The notes under the pieces were generated by a model. It was not told the origin of the DNA and did not search any database. It worked only from the letters and a program-made list of their open reading frames with translations. A program made the position numbers and the translations under genes. Shown in pieces: positions 18,901 to 29,330 of a stretch of DNA of 30,356 bases. The DNA comes from Paraspadella gotoi (lineage: Eukaryota > Animalia > Chaetognatha). The DNA is taken from assembly GCA_051294375.1 (NCBI GenBank), contig JBJCIZ010000265.1, forward strand, positions 1 through 30,356, read 5' to 3'. Numbering within the stretch: the first letter of the stretch is position 1; the number at the start of each line of letters is the position of its first letter.

Positions 18901-21836
18901 TGGATAGGGATGGGATTGGAATCGAAATTTTGTGTGTGGGTAGAGAAAGTGTGTTATTAAGCTGGAAAATCAAGTTCGATGAATCATTTGAGTGGAAAAT
19001 AAGTATAAATTGAAACATAAACCTGTTTCACAACTGATTAAAAAAAAATTATGACCCATAATTTATTTTTTTATAATCAATTAATCACATTAATTATATT
19101 AATTATTAATTAGATTAATTAACTGTTATAATTTTAATTACTTAAATAATTAATACGATAATGATCGTGGCAATCCGACATTGTTGCTCCAAACTGTTAA
19201 ATCACTAGGGTCGTATTTTTTTCCGATGAATAGAATATGCTCTCGAAACGAAAGACGCGAGGAGCGTGCCCGAATATAATTAATTGATTATCGTCTAATA
19301 AGTAATTAAGTATCAATTGAATAAATAAATAAACCAGCCTAAATTTTAAACTCGCGTGTAAATTTTAAGACTATTATTTTTTTTTTTCAAAAAACCGCAT
19401 TTTAAAAAGAGTTGACTTGTAGATAACATTTTCAATTGTTCATGTTTAGTTTTTGTCTCATGTTTTACAGTTACATTTAAAGCGGGGCCGAGTTGTCAAA
19501 AGAAAAATCACGCAATAAAAAAAATAGAAAAACTGAATTATAACTCCTTGGGCAATTAAAGAAAGTAAAGCGAAAGATTTATGGCTAGGAAAAGATTTGT
19601 ATTTTTGCCTCACGCCTAGATGAACAGAGAGAGAGAGAGAAAGAGAGAAGAGAGAGAAGAGTAGATAGAAGAGAGAGAGAGAGACAAGTATGTGTCAGAA
19701 GTATATGATATGGAATTACGTTATTCTCACACAGAAAGCGGAGAACGGATCGGTTCAGCTATTACTTTGGTTCCCACCATGGCAGTCACTATTGGCCGTG
19801 AAGTAAGGAGAGAAAAGGAGAATGTGAAAGGGAGAAGGTTCACCACTGACTTTTCTGGTAAGGCAGGTGAGAAGAATGGGTAAAGCAGTAGGATGAAAAC
19901 TCATTTAACTGTTTGAGTTTATTGATTTCCGATATGAATTTTCCTTCATTCTCTCTTATTCTATCTCCTCTCTCTCTCTCTCTTCTCCTCCTCTCGTCTC
20001 CGTTTTTCTCCTCCATTCTAAATTGCCTTCACTTTTCTCCACTTAAAAAAAAACTTAGCTCGCGAGGCTAATACTTTTCCAGTAGTAAGCTTGCTTGCTA
20101 AGCCAATTGAGCAAGCTTTTAGTTATTTCTATCATCACCACCGTCCAAATTACAACATCCGTGATATAAGACCCAAAAATATTCATTTATATCGTGATTA
20201 AACTTGATAACTTCAGTCTCGATTAAAAGTTAGCTAACTTTTCCTATGTAGTATGTTAATATCTTAACCTGAACTGACCAAGGAGGCAAGGATGATAGCA
20301 CGTTTATTAAATAATTAAGGGCTAACTTTTCTATTGTTTATGTTTTCGGGCATTACGGCAAGCTCACCTTGTCTATAGGAATAAATAGTAACCCGGTGGC
20401 TCATTGACTTTTAAGAAGCGGGAACGATCAACAAAAGTAAAAACTACCCCGGAGCCTGGTTCCAAGAAAAGGACCCATTCAATTGCTGCTGAGGGGGCAC
20501 AGAAGATACAGATAGTAGTCTTCAGCCGACTTAGAGCCTTATCCAAACATCTAGACTATCATTTAAGATTACATTACCCCTACCACCCCCAAATTTAGGA
20601 CATGCTCCCTAACGCCGACATCGTGACCTACGGCGAACCCTTTTTTTCGACCCTCTGTCGCATTTGCTTCGGACAAACGATGGTCCTTCTCTTCGTGACC
20701 ATCTTCGTCCTCGCGGTCTGGAGCAACGAGCATCCACGGCCGCGCTGCCTCAGGGCTCCGGGACGCAGCAGGAAGCAGCAGCGCAGGGACGACAGTATCG
20801 ACATGGACTCGAGAGAAGGAAGAGGAGGAGATTTTTTTATGTACCCAAGAATCTTCAGTTGGACACGGCGCTCTTTGGGGCGGGTGATGGTGCCGCGTGG
20901 GCTCTCTTTTTCGAGAGCGCCCATTTCTGTTTTGTTTTATCTCTAATTAATTTTAATCTTAATATTTAAACTAAAATATTCTAAAATTATGAAAAATCTT
21001 TAACCCTAATCCCTAAAAAATAATTCCCCTAACCGATAGAAACTTAATCCTGATCCCTAATGAGATAAATCCTTACCTGAACTTAATCCTAATCCCTTAA
21101 TGAAACCCAGCCAACTTAATCTAATCCCAACGAATAAATTCCTTACGACTTAATCCTAAATCCCTAATGATAAATCCCTAACCTGGAACTTAATCCTAAT
21201 CCCTAACGAAAATCCACTTCACTGAACTTTAATCCTAATCCCTAACATACATCCTTACTCTTGAACTTTATCCTAAGCCGTACCTTAATACCTATATTGT
21301 GGCGACACACATTCACCACCTGACTGAATCCATAAGCCGAAGCCACCGTGGCGTAAGAGCGATGAATTCTTTCTTCCACCTACCCGGTTCTTGGGTTCGT
21401 CGACCCTATGGTTGTGTCAATGGCTACAAGCGGATACGTGACGTCTACCCACCTGGTAGCGGCCGACTACAGTCAAACCCGAAAGTTCTGAAACTAGCAA
21501 ATTGCAAGCGTGTGTCTAAATTGCCTTAATTATTGGCTCAGACGTGAGACATCTTCTAAAAAAGACCTGAACAAACCAAAAACGCCTCGCACAATCTCCC
21601 CTCATTCGCTCCGAATTTCTAAGTCGAAATTCTTTTTTTCCCGCCCAATTCTCCCCCTCTAATCCAGACGATCGGCGGGTCTCGCATCGTTCTGTCTTTT
21701 GCCTCAATCTCCATCGTCAGTTTCGTCTCCGGTCTGGGCCGTCGTTAACATGCAACCCCCCGGTGAGGCCGACTTTTCGGACACGGAGGCAAAGTTGATC
21801 CGAGGCCGAAGGAGTGGTTTAATTGAGGTGTGTTGA
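12891..21836 (+). CDS. Gene B: divergent Cys-loop ion channel subunit, paralog of gene A; at least 9 exons
   Basis: Signal peptide, EWPDENLGWP, C-ILDTYYFP-NDxQN-F loop, ESGERIGSAITLV M2, DMLP..CRICFGQTMVLLFVTIFVLAVW M3 and an M4 exon, all colinear with gene A; 3' end approximate. Confidence 0.88.
13260..13650. repeat. 15-bp repeat (TTCTAACCTCCTCCT) followed by a C/T-rich tract
   Basis: Five units at 13260-13349, then polypyrimidine up to the exon 2 acceptor. Confidence 0.85.
13655..13815 (+). CDS. Gene B exon 2 (RP motif to beta2)
   Basis: CTCAG acceptor; R-PPNGNLTKKCINGF-WRMI...FTLLSVDDLRDDG; same exon end as gene A. The alpha1 helix segment was not found and may be garbled in 13350-13650. 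Confidence 0.7.
14035..14149 (+). CDS. Gene B exon 3
   Basis: TMQSRIRLKTEWPDENLGWPP-ELANKEDTILMPSSLSR; donor reads GC at 14150. Confidence 0.85.
14868..15222. mobile_element. MITE-like element with CCTAA-like repeats (copy 3)
   Basis: Imperfect TIRs GGCTCTCTTTTCCTAGAAGTGCCTTATTTC and AACGGGGCATTTTCGGGGAGAATAATAGGCC around CCTAACCTAACCCTAA units. Confidence 0.6.
15470..15852. mobile_element. MITE-like element with TTAGG(G)-like repeats (copy 4, opposite orientation to copy 3)
   Basis: Ends GCTTTATTTTCCTAAAGCACCCGTT and GAAATAGGGCCACTTTTGAAAAAGACC; internal GGATTAAG/GGTTAGGG units. Confidence 0.6.
15887..16096 (+). CDS. Gene B exon 4 (loop A, loop E, Cys loop)
   Basis: CCAG acceptor; ..KFV..DDQI..IPCEINNKG..MMAESPTVTA-CILDTYYFP-ND-QNFRI-TIGSHS. 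Confidence 0.8.
16456..16619 (+). CDS. Gene B exon 5 (loop B to loop C)
   Basis: TTCAG acceptor; NIANL-V-Y...WPLEPDYSSTNHWSFWI..GVVTDSDDDQDQRQE; phase-1 GT donor equivalent to gene A exon 6. Confidence 0.7.
16655..17273. repeat. 70-bp minisatellite, ~9 copies
   Basis: Consensus CTGGCTCGATAGCGAGGCCCTGTGATATTTTCCGTCATCCACCCTACTAAGCTCATATAGTGTAGTCGTT, head to tail with no spacers. Confidence 0.95.
17828..18005 (-). mobile_element. tRNA-derived SINE-like element or Pol III ncRNA (copy 1)
   Basis: Minus strand has A-box-like TGGTGCCGGGG, CTCCCAA loop and B-box-like GGTTCTAGCCC, followed by a ~85-nt non-tRNA body. Confidence 0.6.
18230..18416 (-). mobile_element. tRNA-derived SINE-like element or Pol III ncRNA (copy 2)
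   Basis: Direct repeat of 17828-18005 sharing CGTTCAATATAAGC and GCGGTTAAGCGCCCGTCCTCTAAACTGC; B-box-like GGGTTCTAGCTC on the minus strand. Confidence 0.6.
18590..18683 (+). CDS. Gene B exon 6 (M1, partial and garbled)
   Basis: FIPC...IIYLLFPS ending CCT TCT G, which joins exon 7 to give P-S-E-S-G-E-R; 5' boundary unresolved in low-complexity sequence. Confidence 0.45.
18710..19222 (+). mobile_element. Non-autonomous Helentron/DINE-1-like element (HINE)
   Basis: 5' palindrome GGATCTGCTA-T-TAGCAGATCC, (GTCC)n microsatellite, 3' subterminal GGCA-ATCCG, T-rich flank; homologous copy at 27363-28015. Confidence 0.65.
19735..19802 (+). CDS. Gene B exon 7 (M2)
   Basis: ACAG acceptor; ESGERIGSAITLVPTMAVT; GTAAGG donor. 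Confidence 0.88.
20599..20883 (+). CDS. Gene B exon 8 (M3 and intracellular loop)
   Basis: TTTAG acceptor; open frame DMLPNADIVTYGEPFFSTLCRICFGQTMVLLFVTIFVLAVWSNEHPRPRCLRAPGRSRKQQRRDDSIDMDS.. Confidence 0.88.
20899..21569. mobile_element. MITE-like element with CCTAA-like ~40-bp tandem units (copy 5), interrupted by a SINE-like insert
   Basis: Left end GGGCTCTCTTTTTCGAGAGCGCCCATTTCTG; right end GAGACATCTTCTAAAAAGACC; ACTTAATCCTAATCCCTAA repeats at 21000-21290. Confidence 0.65.
21298..21516 (+). mobile_element. Second tRNA-derived SINE-like element
   Basis: A-box-like GTGGCGTAAGAG (~21348) and B-box-like GGGTTCGTCGACC (~21393) in a GC-rich island. Confidence 0.45.
21668..21836 (+). CDS. Gene B exon 9 (M4)
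   Basis: CCAG acceptor; with indel correction TI-xGL-DR-C-CLNLIVSFVS-VWAVVNMQPP, sharing NLIVS with gene A M4; stop position uncertain; AATAAA at 21881. Confidence 0.7.
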
Positions 21837-21951
21837 CTGGTTGTAACCATAATTACATGGGAAACACCTAGGTAGATTTAAATAAATGGAAAAAACAAGA
21901 CCGGCAAGTTTCAAATGTTTTCGCCAATGACTCTTATGTGACTTCTTAAGG

Positions 21952-22660
21952 GCAATAAGTTCGCGGCCAGAATTCTATTAACAATATGTCTTTACTTTAA
22001 TACACAAATGACTTTCGGAGTAAAAAGTTTTGCTAGTACATGGAATATGTTAATTGGGAAATAACCCATGGAGCAATGAAATTTTAATATAATAAAAGAA
22101 AATGCTTTACAATTTTTTTAAAGAATTTAAATTATTAAAAATGGATTCTGATAAAATTAATGATAAGTATACTTAACGCTCATTATGAATTAAATTATAA
22201 TCAATTATAATTGTCTTAAACATCAGTAATATAACAACTTATTATGACAGCTCTATAGTCAAAATAATTGGAATTATTAGATAAATAAATCATTTTTTTA
22301 AAAAAAAAGAGCAATATATGTTGAATTATTGAAATCTAAAGTTTAAATTAATAATTAAGAAAAAATAGGACATGCAAATTTAACTTAAATTTTTTTTATT
22401 TTATAAGAATGTTTATTAACACATTTATTAATATTTTATACCGAATTTGTAGCAAAGGACATAATATAAACAAGCATCTAATAGATTTTCAGTTGTCTTT
22501 AAAGAATTTAATTGGAAAACAACAAGAGTTATGATGAAAAAACCTTAATATTTTAATGAATCACTGTGTCTTAACAACAACTGTTAAAACAAAGCAGTAA
22601 TTAATACCTTATATACATCCACGGATCTGTTACAAACTAGAATGACTAGTATTAACATTT
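21952..22660 (+). repeat. Segment duplicated at 29356-30356
   Basis: Shared GCAATAAGT..GGCCAGAATT start and long near-identical blocks such as ACAAGCATCTAATAGATTTTCAGTTGTCTTTAAAGAATTT. Confidence 0.9.
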
Positions 22661-23299
22661 TATAATAGTGTTATAAAGCCATATAAAACGTTGTGAAGAT
22701 AGAACAGAACAATAAATACAGACTGATGAACCGTCCAAAAAAGTAATTATAGAGTTTCCTCCGCGAGTAATCCCGTAGCACACACTTAAAACTCCAATAA
22801 AGATATAACATAAAAATTAAGCATGCTAAGTACCCGAAATTATGTTATTAAACCTTAGAAGTCCTCATCCTAAACCCACTGATTCACTTAAATTATTGAT
22901 TTTTGTATCCATCAAAACTTGAACCCATGTACTGTAATAAAACGTACTTCATTCTCTTACTGTTCCATCACTTCAAAAGAAACCGTAAGAAAAACTATCC
23001 GCTAATGGGAAGGATAGTAAATTTTTAGTATGATATTTTCATTTATGATTTTTTTTAAAAAACAAATTTTCCCTAATGAACTTGATTCTTGAAGTGTCTT
23101 ACTCTTTGCAATTGATTTCAAGTGCGGGCGTTTACCCTATTGTGTATAAAAAATTAACAAGTAAAACAAAATGACTATTTTTTGTTTTAACAGGAATAAT
23201 TTATTTGTGGAGACCAGACATAAGAAGTATGGAGAGAGACACATAATTAATAGCAGAGAGACATATCAAATATGTTCAATCCAGAAAAGAGACAATAAA

Positions 23300-24115
23300 T
23301 GTAACGTGAACAGTTTCGAGGGTTGAAAACGGTTGTGTCACTCTCCGTGGCTACGGCACGACGGAAGAAACCCGTTTGAATGCCCCGGGTACGAAACGAG
23401 ACCAATGACTGGCGGTTCTGAGGGTCAATGTGGCCCGTTGAGGGCAAAAGAGAGAGAGAGTCGAGGTTAACTCGGCCTCATCCCCCTTAAGAGGTCGCGT
23501 CTCTGGAAAGAGGCGCACGGGCTGACCAACCTGCGCGGCGAATCCATGGTTTTGGCTAAAAGCTATTTTTGATCCAAAGAGTCGATGTTGCGTAGCAAAG
23601 AATCTGTTTCAAAGTCCAAATCCATCGAGCCGAGGGATTAAAGGAGAATGATATCCTGGCAGTTTTCGGGCGGCGGTCTCGGCGTTCTGCCACGGCGTCG
23701 TCGCCGTCCATCACGCCAGTTGAGGAGGAGTTTGGCAAGCAGGAACTTGAACACACTATTGCGCTGCCTTTCCGCAGATGCCTTTTGTTTTTCCGATTCT
23801 TTGGAAATTTTTTTTCAATAATGACATTTCATACACGTATGAACGGTGCATAAGACATTTCGTCTTTGCGTCTAGGAAAAGGTCGATATTGACAGAGACG
23901 TGCTCGTTGGTAATACTTTTTTTGTTCCGTCGGTTTTGGTCGTGAATTAACACGTGAAGAAGATAGAAAAAGGGGTAAAGAAAAAGAAAAAATTGAATAA
24001 GAATAATTAAAATATTTGAATGGCCGGGACGACGATACCAATGACCGGAGGTCGAGAACATGTGGTCGTTGAGGGAAAAAGAGAGAGAGAGAGATCCGAG
24101 GTAACTCGGGCCTCA
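23300..24115 (-). mobile_element. Miniature or internally deleted LTR retroelement (TRIM-like)
   Basis: TG..CA-bounded ~180-bp repeat at 23300-23480, whose last ~100 bp recur at 24019-24115; minus-strand polypurine tract AAGGGGGA directly abuts TG of the 3' LTR. Confidence 0.55.
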
Positions 24116-24199
24116 ATATTCAATTTATTAAGAGTGCTGCAGCAATGGAAAACAAAGTTTAAATATCAAATACAGTTAGTTATTATTAGCTAATCAGAT

Positions 24200-27175
24200 T
24201 AAGATATAAGCGTAAAAAATGTTTTGTTTGTAAAATAAGACTCGCAAGCAGTTACGATTAACTTTATACATGAGGACAATGAATGCTCTAGAAAAAATAT
24301 TTGATTTCTTATCGCCTTTTTTGAGTACTTTAGAGTTCTTAAACTTCCTAAATCATGCTTAAAAAATAGACATAATTTTAATAGGTGTCTATAACGGCCC
24401 ATATTTCTTCCAAAGCGCCCGCATTTCAGATTTAAAATAACCCAGAATTTGTTAGGTAATTAAGTAAGTTTTAAGGTGGGCTTTGGGATAATAAATTAGT
24501 CTCTAATTAACGAAGACTCGTCGAATAACCAAATTGATAGGTTTATAATTCAATACTGGGATTTAAACCTTATTGTATTGAATCCAAATTTAAAAATACT
24601 ATTAAGTTTGATAAACTATTCAGCAATAATGTTATAGATATATTATAGAAGTAAAATATTTCTTTGACAAAGGGTGACAAATTAGTAATTTGAATATAGA
24701 AGGCAACATCAAGTCATCAATTATTGTTGTTTCAAATTACATTTTAAATCCAACAGAAGCTGATTGATATTTTGGACAAAACAGTAGAAAATAATTTAAT
24801 GACGGTTGTAATTTTTTTCACCTTCGCTATAAGCATTTGCAGAGAAATTCCGTCTAAGAAGGGAAGTCATTTTTTTATGAACAATCTTTTTTCTTTGGCT
24901 ATTTTTTTTTTAATTCTTTAAAAATAAACAAAAATTGGCGCGTGATAAAGATGGGAGGGGTGTTTCTATGGTAGGAGTAGGAGAAAAAAAATATATTTTG
25001 TTGTTTTGGAACTTTGTAAATTGTATGTATATTTTTTGATTGCATTGGTAGTAAGTCGTATTTTCCGCTTTTGTTGTTAATTCGTTGGAATAAGAAAAAT
25101 AAATGCTTGGTTACAGACAATAATAGCACAAAGCAGCATTGAATAAAATAGTAGTGTTTTTTTCTGGCTTTGTTGGTTAACTTTTGCGAATTATAAAAAA
25201 TATCCATGATAATTCAAAGGCGAACACAGAGAGTGAAAGTTAAATTCAGAAGAATTGTAATTCCACGGTGAAAATCAAACATTTGAGAATCAGAGTCCTG
25301 GAAAAATTTTTGAATGATATGTAGGTTTGGGGATTTGGGTAACAAGATTCATTGGTATAAGTTGGTTTGTAATGTTGTTTGTGTTAGATGTGGGTAGTTT
25401 TGAATCTAGAAAGCTGAAACCTAGAATTACAGTTGATATAGCTCCAATTATTTTAAACTGTCTTTTTTCTCCATTTGATTAAAATGTTTCCACTGGTTTT
25501 TTGGGCAAAAGCTTTCAATAAATAGAAGAAAAAGGAAAGGTCATAAAAGGGTAGAGGAAAAATGTGTTTGCTGTAAGCCTCTTATAGAATTTCTTTGGAG
25601 TCAAAAAAGCGTTGAAGGTTTCCATGTTTTTTAATAATGTATACCATTTTTTATCAATTCTTGAACTTATATAATAATGACAGATTGGTTTTTCATTAAC
25701 AATGATGGCATGTTTATTTTTTGACCATAATTGGCATCATTGAATGCAAATACAAAGGATAATCATTTTCCCAATTCTTCTTTAAAATTAAATATGTTGC
25801 TACAAGAATATTCCTTGAACTCAATCAATGAGCAACTAATTACAATAACCGATTGAATGTGTTGGGCTTTAAAAATTTGTAATTTCCTATTGCAAAGGCG
25901 CCAAATTCAGTAAGACTTTTAGTTTGGATTCATTGATTTGTAATTCCTTGCACAAGACTGGGAATTATTTTGTAATATTTTTTGCCATCTCTTCTTGTCA
26001 ATAAGTCCCATGGCTTGGGTAGGCAGGCTGAGATAAAAACTGTTTTTCATAGACTACTACGAATGAAACAAATTTTCGGCGCTTGGATAAGTGATTTATG
26101 ACTTTTTCTACCTATGTTCAAAAAGTTTGCATCAATTGTTTTAATAGCTTGTCAATAATAAAAAAGAATGATACACTAAAACTGACCAATGAAACCATGA
26201 ATAAATATTGGGGAAAAAAATATTTTTTTTACATATATGAATTTTTGGCTCAATCCTAAAAGCACAAGTTTAACACTAAATTTTCAATTCTGTGAAGTAA
26301 AGAATTTCTTAGCAGAAGAAGTTGGTGAGAGCAAAAGAAAAAAAGGGGGTAAATTTTTATTGCCCAAATATGTATGAGATATAGGTTATGTTAATGCCAA
26401 TAGCCCCTTGAATTAGGCTATAAAATGCCTTCAGGGGTCGCCAGCTGTTCCTCGATATTTAAGCAAAAATGAGCCGAACTTAAAGTAGAAAGGCCAAAGA
26501 TATAAGTATTTGGATATTGATCAATTTCCCAAGAGCAAAACGTTCAGCTTTTTCTGAAAATAGTGTAACATTTGCATTTCTTGATGATTGTTTCAAAGTT
26601 AAATTTCCATTTCATTTCATACAACAATGTCTCCTCTATATGTCCTCAAACATTGCTGTTGTATACCACTGGGTTAATTCCATATCAAGCGCAGTAGGCC
26701 TGCAGCAGTAATGAGGATAAGACTCCAAAAAGACTTTTTGCACAATGTCAATCAATCTGATCAGATTAAAACTTCTCTGGCCAATAAAGCTGGAAGATTT
26801 TAACACTATTGGATCCTTTGTTCATCTTAAATTAATCGATCAATTCATAAAGAGGGGGCGTTCCCAAACCTAAAGCGCAGATAACCGCAGTAAGCCTGAC
26901 CTTTTCCAAAAACTTTTTCCAAAACCACGAGGATACAATGCCTTCTTTTGTCTTTTAACCAGCGCCAAACCTGCGAGATTGCAATGACATTGTCATAACA
27001 GCACAATAAGCCATGCAATTCCAATGTAAATGCTCCAATAAAATCTTTTTGACAAATAGAATCAATTGTTTCCGAAAATCAGTGACAACATCAATTATGT
27101 TAAAGCAATTGTAAAAAATAACAAAAATTTGTTGCAACTTTGTTGCCGTTCATTTTTGAATTTGTGAGCAGTCCC
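24200..27175 (-). other. Possible large, frameshift-riddled coding exon(s) of an unidentified gene
   Basis: Higher-complexity, microsatellite-free 3 kb; minus-strand acceptor-like TTCTTCCTCTAAAG near 27175; plausible helical peptide fragments (NIIDVVTDFRKQLILFVKKILLEHL); no motif recognised. Confidence 0.3.
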
Positions 27176-27268
27176 TTTAGAGGAAGAAATTATTTGCGAA
27201 AGAAAAAAAAGAAAATAGTTAAGAAAAGTTTGGTTGAGTCTCTCATGCAACTGTTTAATTTTGAATTA

Positions 27269-27349
27269 AGAAACGTCGAAATTTGGGATTCAAGTGCATA
27301 TTGTTTTTTATTTTTTTTTCAACTGTGATCCCAAATTCAACGTTTTCTA
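27269..27349. repeat. Short inverted repeat (~23-bp arms), possible tiny MITE
   Basis: AGAAACGTCGAAATTTGGGATTCA and TGATCCCAAATTCAACGTTTTCT. Confidence 0.7.
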
Positions 27350-27362
27350 ATCATAGTTATAG

Positions 27363-28015
27363 AAAAATTTTCACCAAGTTTAGAACAAGTTGAGCAAACA
27401 ATGCCGGATCTGCCCACGTTATAACGGTAACAAGCTGATTGTCGAACCGTTTTCCCACTTTGTCTCAGACCTTTCAATCACAAAAACAACAATCTTGATA
27501 TACAAAATTAAGTAATTAATTAATTAATTATTATTAATTACAAATAATTTAATTCTTAATTTACTTTTTTTAATTAATTAATTATGGCAGGCTTGAATTT
27601 ACATTTAATATTAAAATAAAAAAAACCATAATTCAAATAGTAAAATTTTTTTTTCATTTTAACTCATTTCCAACTTAGACGATCCCATCTAATTGATTTC
27701 CTGCTCAATACAACACTTTCCTACCATAACTAAAATTTCATTCCAATCCATCCATGCGCAATCACGAGTAATTTGGAGGTTTTTGCTAAGGGGGTGGGAC
27801 AGACTGACAAGAACATTTATTTTACGTATTCTATTTATATTTTTTTGCATAATTATCATATTCGATGTTTCTTCTCTATGATTATTATTTTTTATGATCT
27901 TCTATTTCATTATGTTTGCTGGGGGGTCATATACGTTATCTGTGATCCTTTTTTTTGTATCAATATTTGTATGTATTAGAGCCGGAATCTGCCTGTAAGC
28001 ATATTCGGCTAATAA
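27363..28015 (-). mobile_element. Helentron/DINE-1-like element, second copy
   Basis: Reverse complement matches both ends and the core (ACTCGTGATTG..GGATTGGAAT-GAAATTTT) of 18710-19222; GCCGGATCTGC subterminal repeat at 27403. Confidence 0.65.
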
Positions 28016-28974
28016 TTTGCATTTAAGATGTGTTATAAGAAGTAGTAAAAATGGTTAAATGCTTTTGCCTTGTTAAGCAGTTTCTTTTCTTTAAATTAAA
28101 CGCAAAACTGTTTTATTGTTTAATTTCATTGTTTTAATTTACAAATTTAGATAGAAAGGAAAAATAGTAAGGTAAATAAATGGGTATGAATTGTAAAGTC
28201 AATAACGCATCAAAAAACAAGTTTCAATGTCTCTAGTTTGGAAAATATTTTTTTTTTGGTGAGGCGGATTCCATTTACGCAGCTTGTTCCTCAATTGATT
28301 TATATTAAGAAGAATTTCCCTTTAGAGATGGATTTATTAAGAAATGAATTTCTAATTTGCTTTCATAATAAATTTTGTAGTTTGCGAGCTTCCAAAGGTC
28401 ATATTTAATCGGTGACGATTTTTCTTTTTGGATTATTTTTGCTTCTAAATATATTTCCAAAAAGAAGCTAATACAATTTATGCAAGGCGAAAGAGAGGAG
28501 AAGAAGAGAGATCAAAACATTTGAATTGTAAAAATATTAACTAAGGCAAACAACTGAAACATTAAAACTTCTGTAATAACACCTTAAGAAAATGACCAAA
28601 ATCTATCTAAAGGAAAATGAGGCAGAAAACGCCCTTAAATTAATTATTTCAAACGGCCTTGTTTTTAACGTATTAAGATGAATCCTAAATTTTTTTTTCA
28701 AGACTTTAACTATCAATCGGGGGGCTTTTAAAGCATATAATTCTAATACTCTCTAAAAAGGAATGATTAGAAGTAAGAAAAATTATAATTTCTTGTACTG
28801 TATTAATAATTGGATTATTTATGATATATATAACCCTTTCCCTAGTTTGTATCTCTATCAGAGACTTTTAGTCTTATATACATACAACGTAAAAAAATCA
28901 TATTATCGCCTTGTCCCCCTCAAAAATATTATCCTTCCTTTAACGTCTTCCTAAAAGAGGAATGATGTATGATA

Positions 28975-29320
28975 ATTTATATCTATTGAAACTATACAGA
29001 TTGTAACTCTAACGCTTGTGTTGTATAAGATGGCTCCTCTATTCCAAAAAAGACTAACACTCGTTCTGACCCCCCCAAAAAATTAAAATATTACCAACAT
29101 AAAGATATTAAATTAAAAAAACAATATATATTTAATTAAAATAATATAGTGATAATATAGTGATAGTGATAATATAGTGATAATATATGATATCTTATTA
29201 GAAACTAGGACAGATAGTAATCTAAACCTTGTGTTGTAATGATGCTCCTCATTCCAGAAGACCAACACTGACTTCCCCTTCCCAAATTGAATTATAGATT
29301 AAATAAAAACATTTTAAAAA
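28975..29320. repeat. ~210-bp tandem duplication
   Basis: GAAACTA..CAGAT..CTTGTGTTGTA..GATG-CTCCTC-ATTCCA..AGAC-AACACT at ~28990 and ~29200. Confidence 0.75.
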
Positions 29321-29330
29321 AAAGAAAGCA

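Noticed and set aside
21000-21290. True telomere or chromosome-fusion scar
   Set aside because: Repeats are degenerate, short, in both orientations and bounded by shared element termini
3507-21836. Calling both channel genes pseudogenes because of frameshifts
   Set aside because: The same indel noise appears between tandem repeat units; splice sites, phases and motifs are preserved, and several exons are fully open
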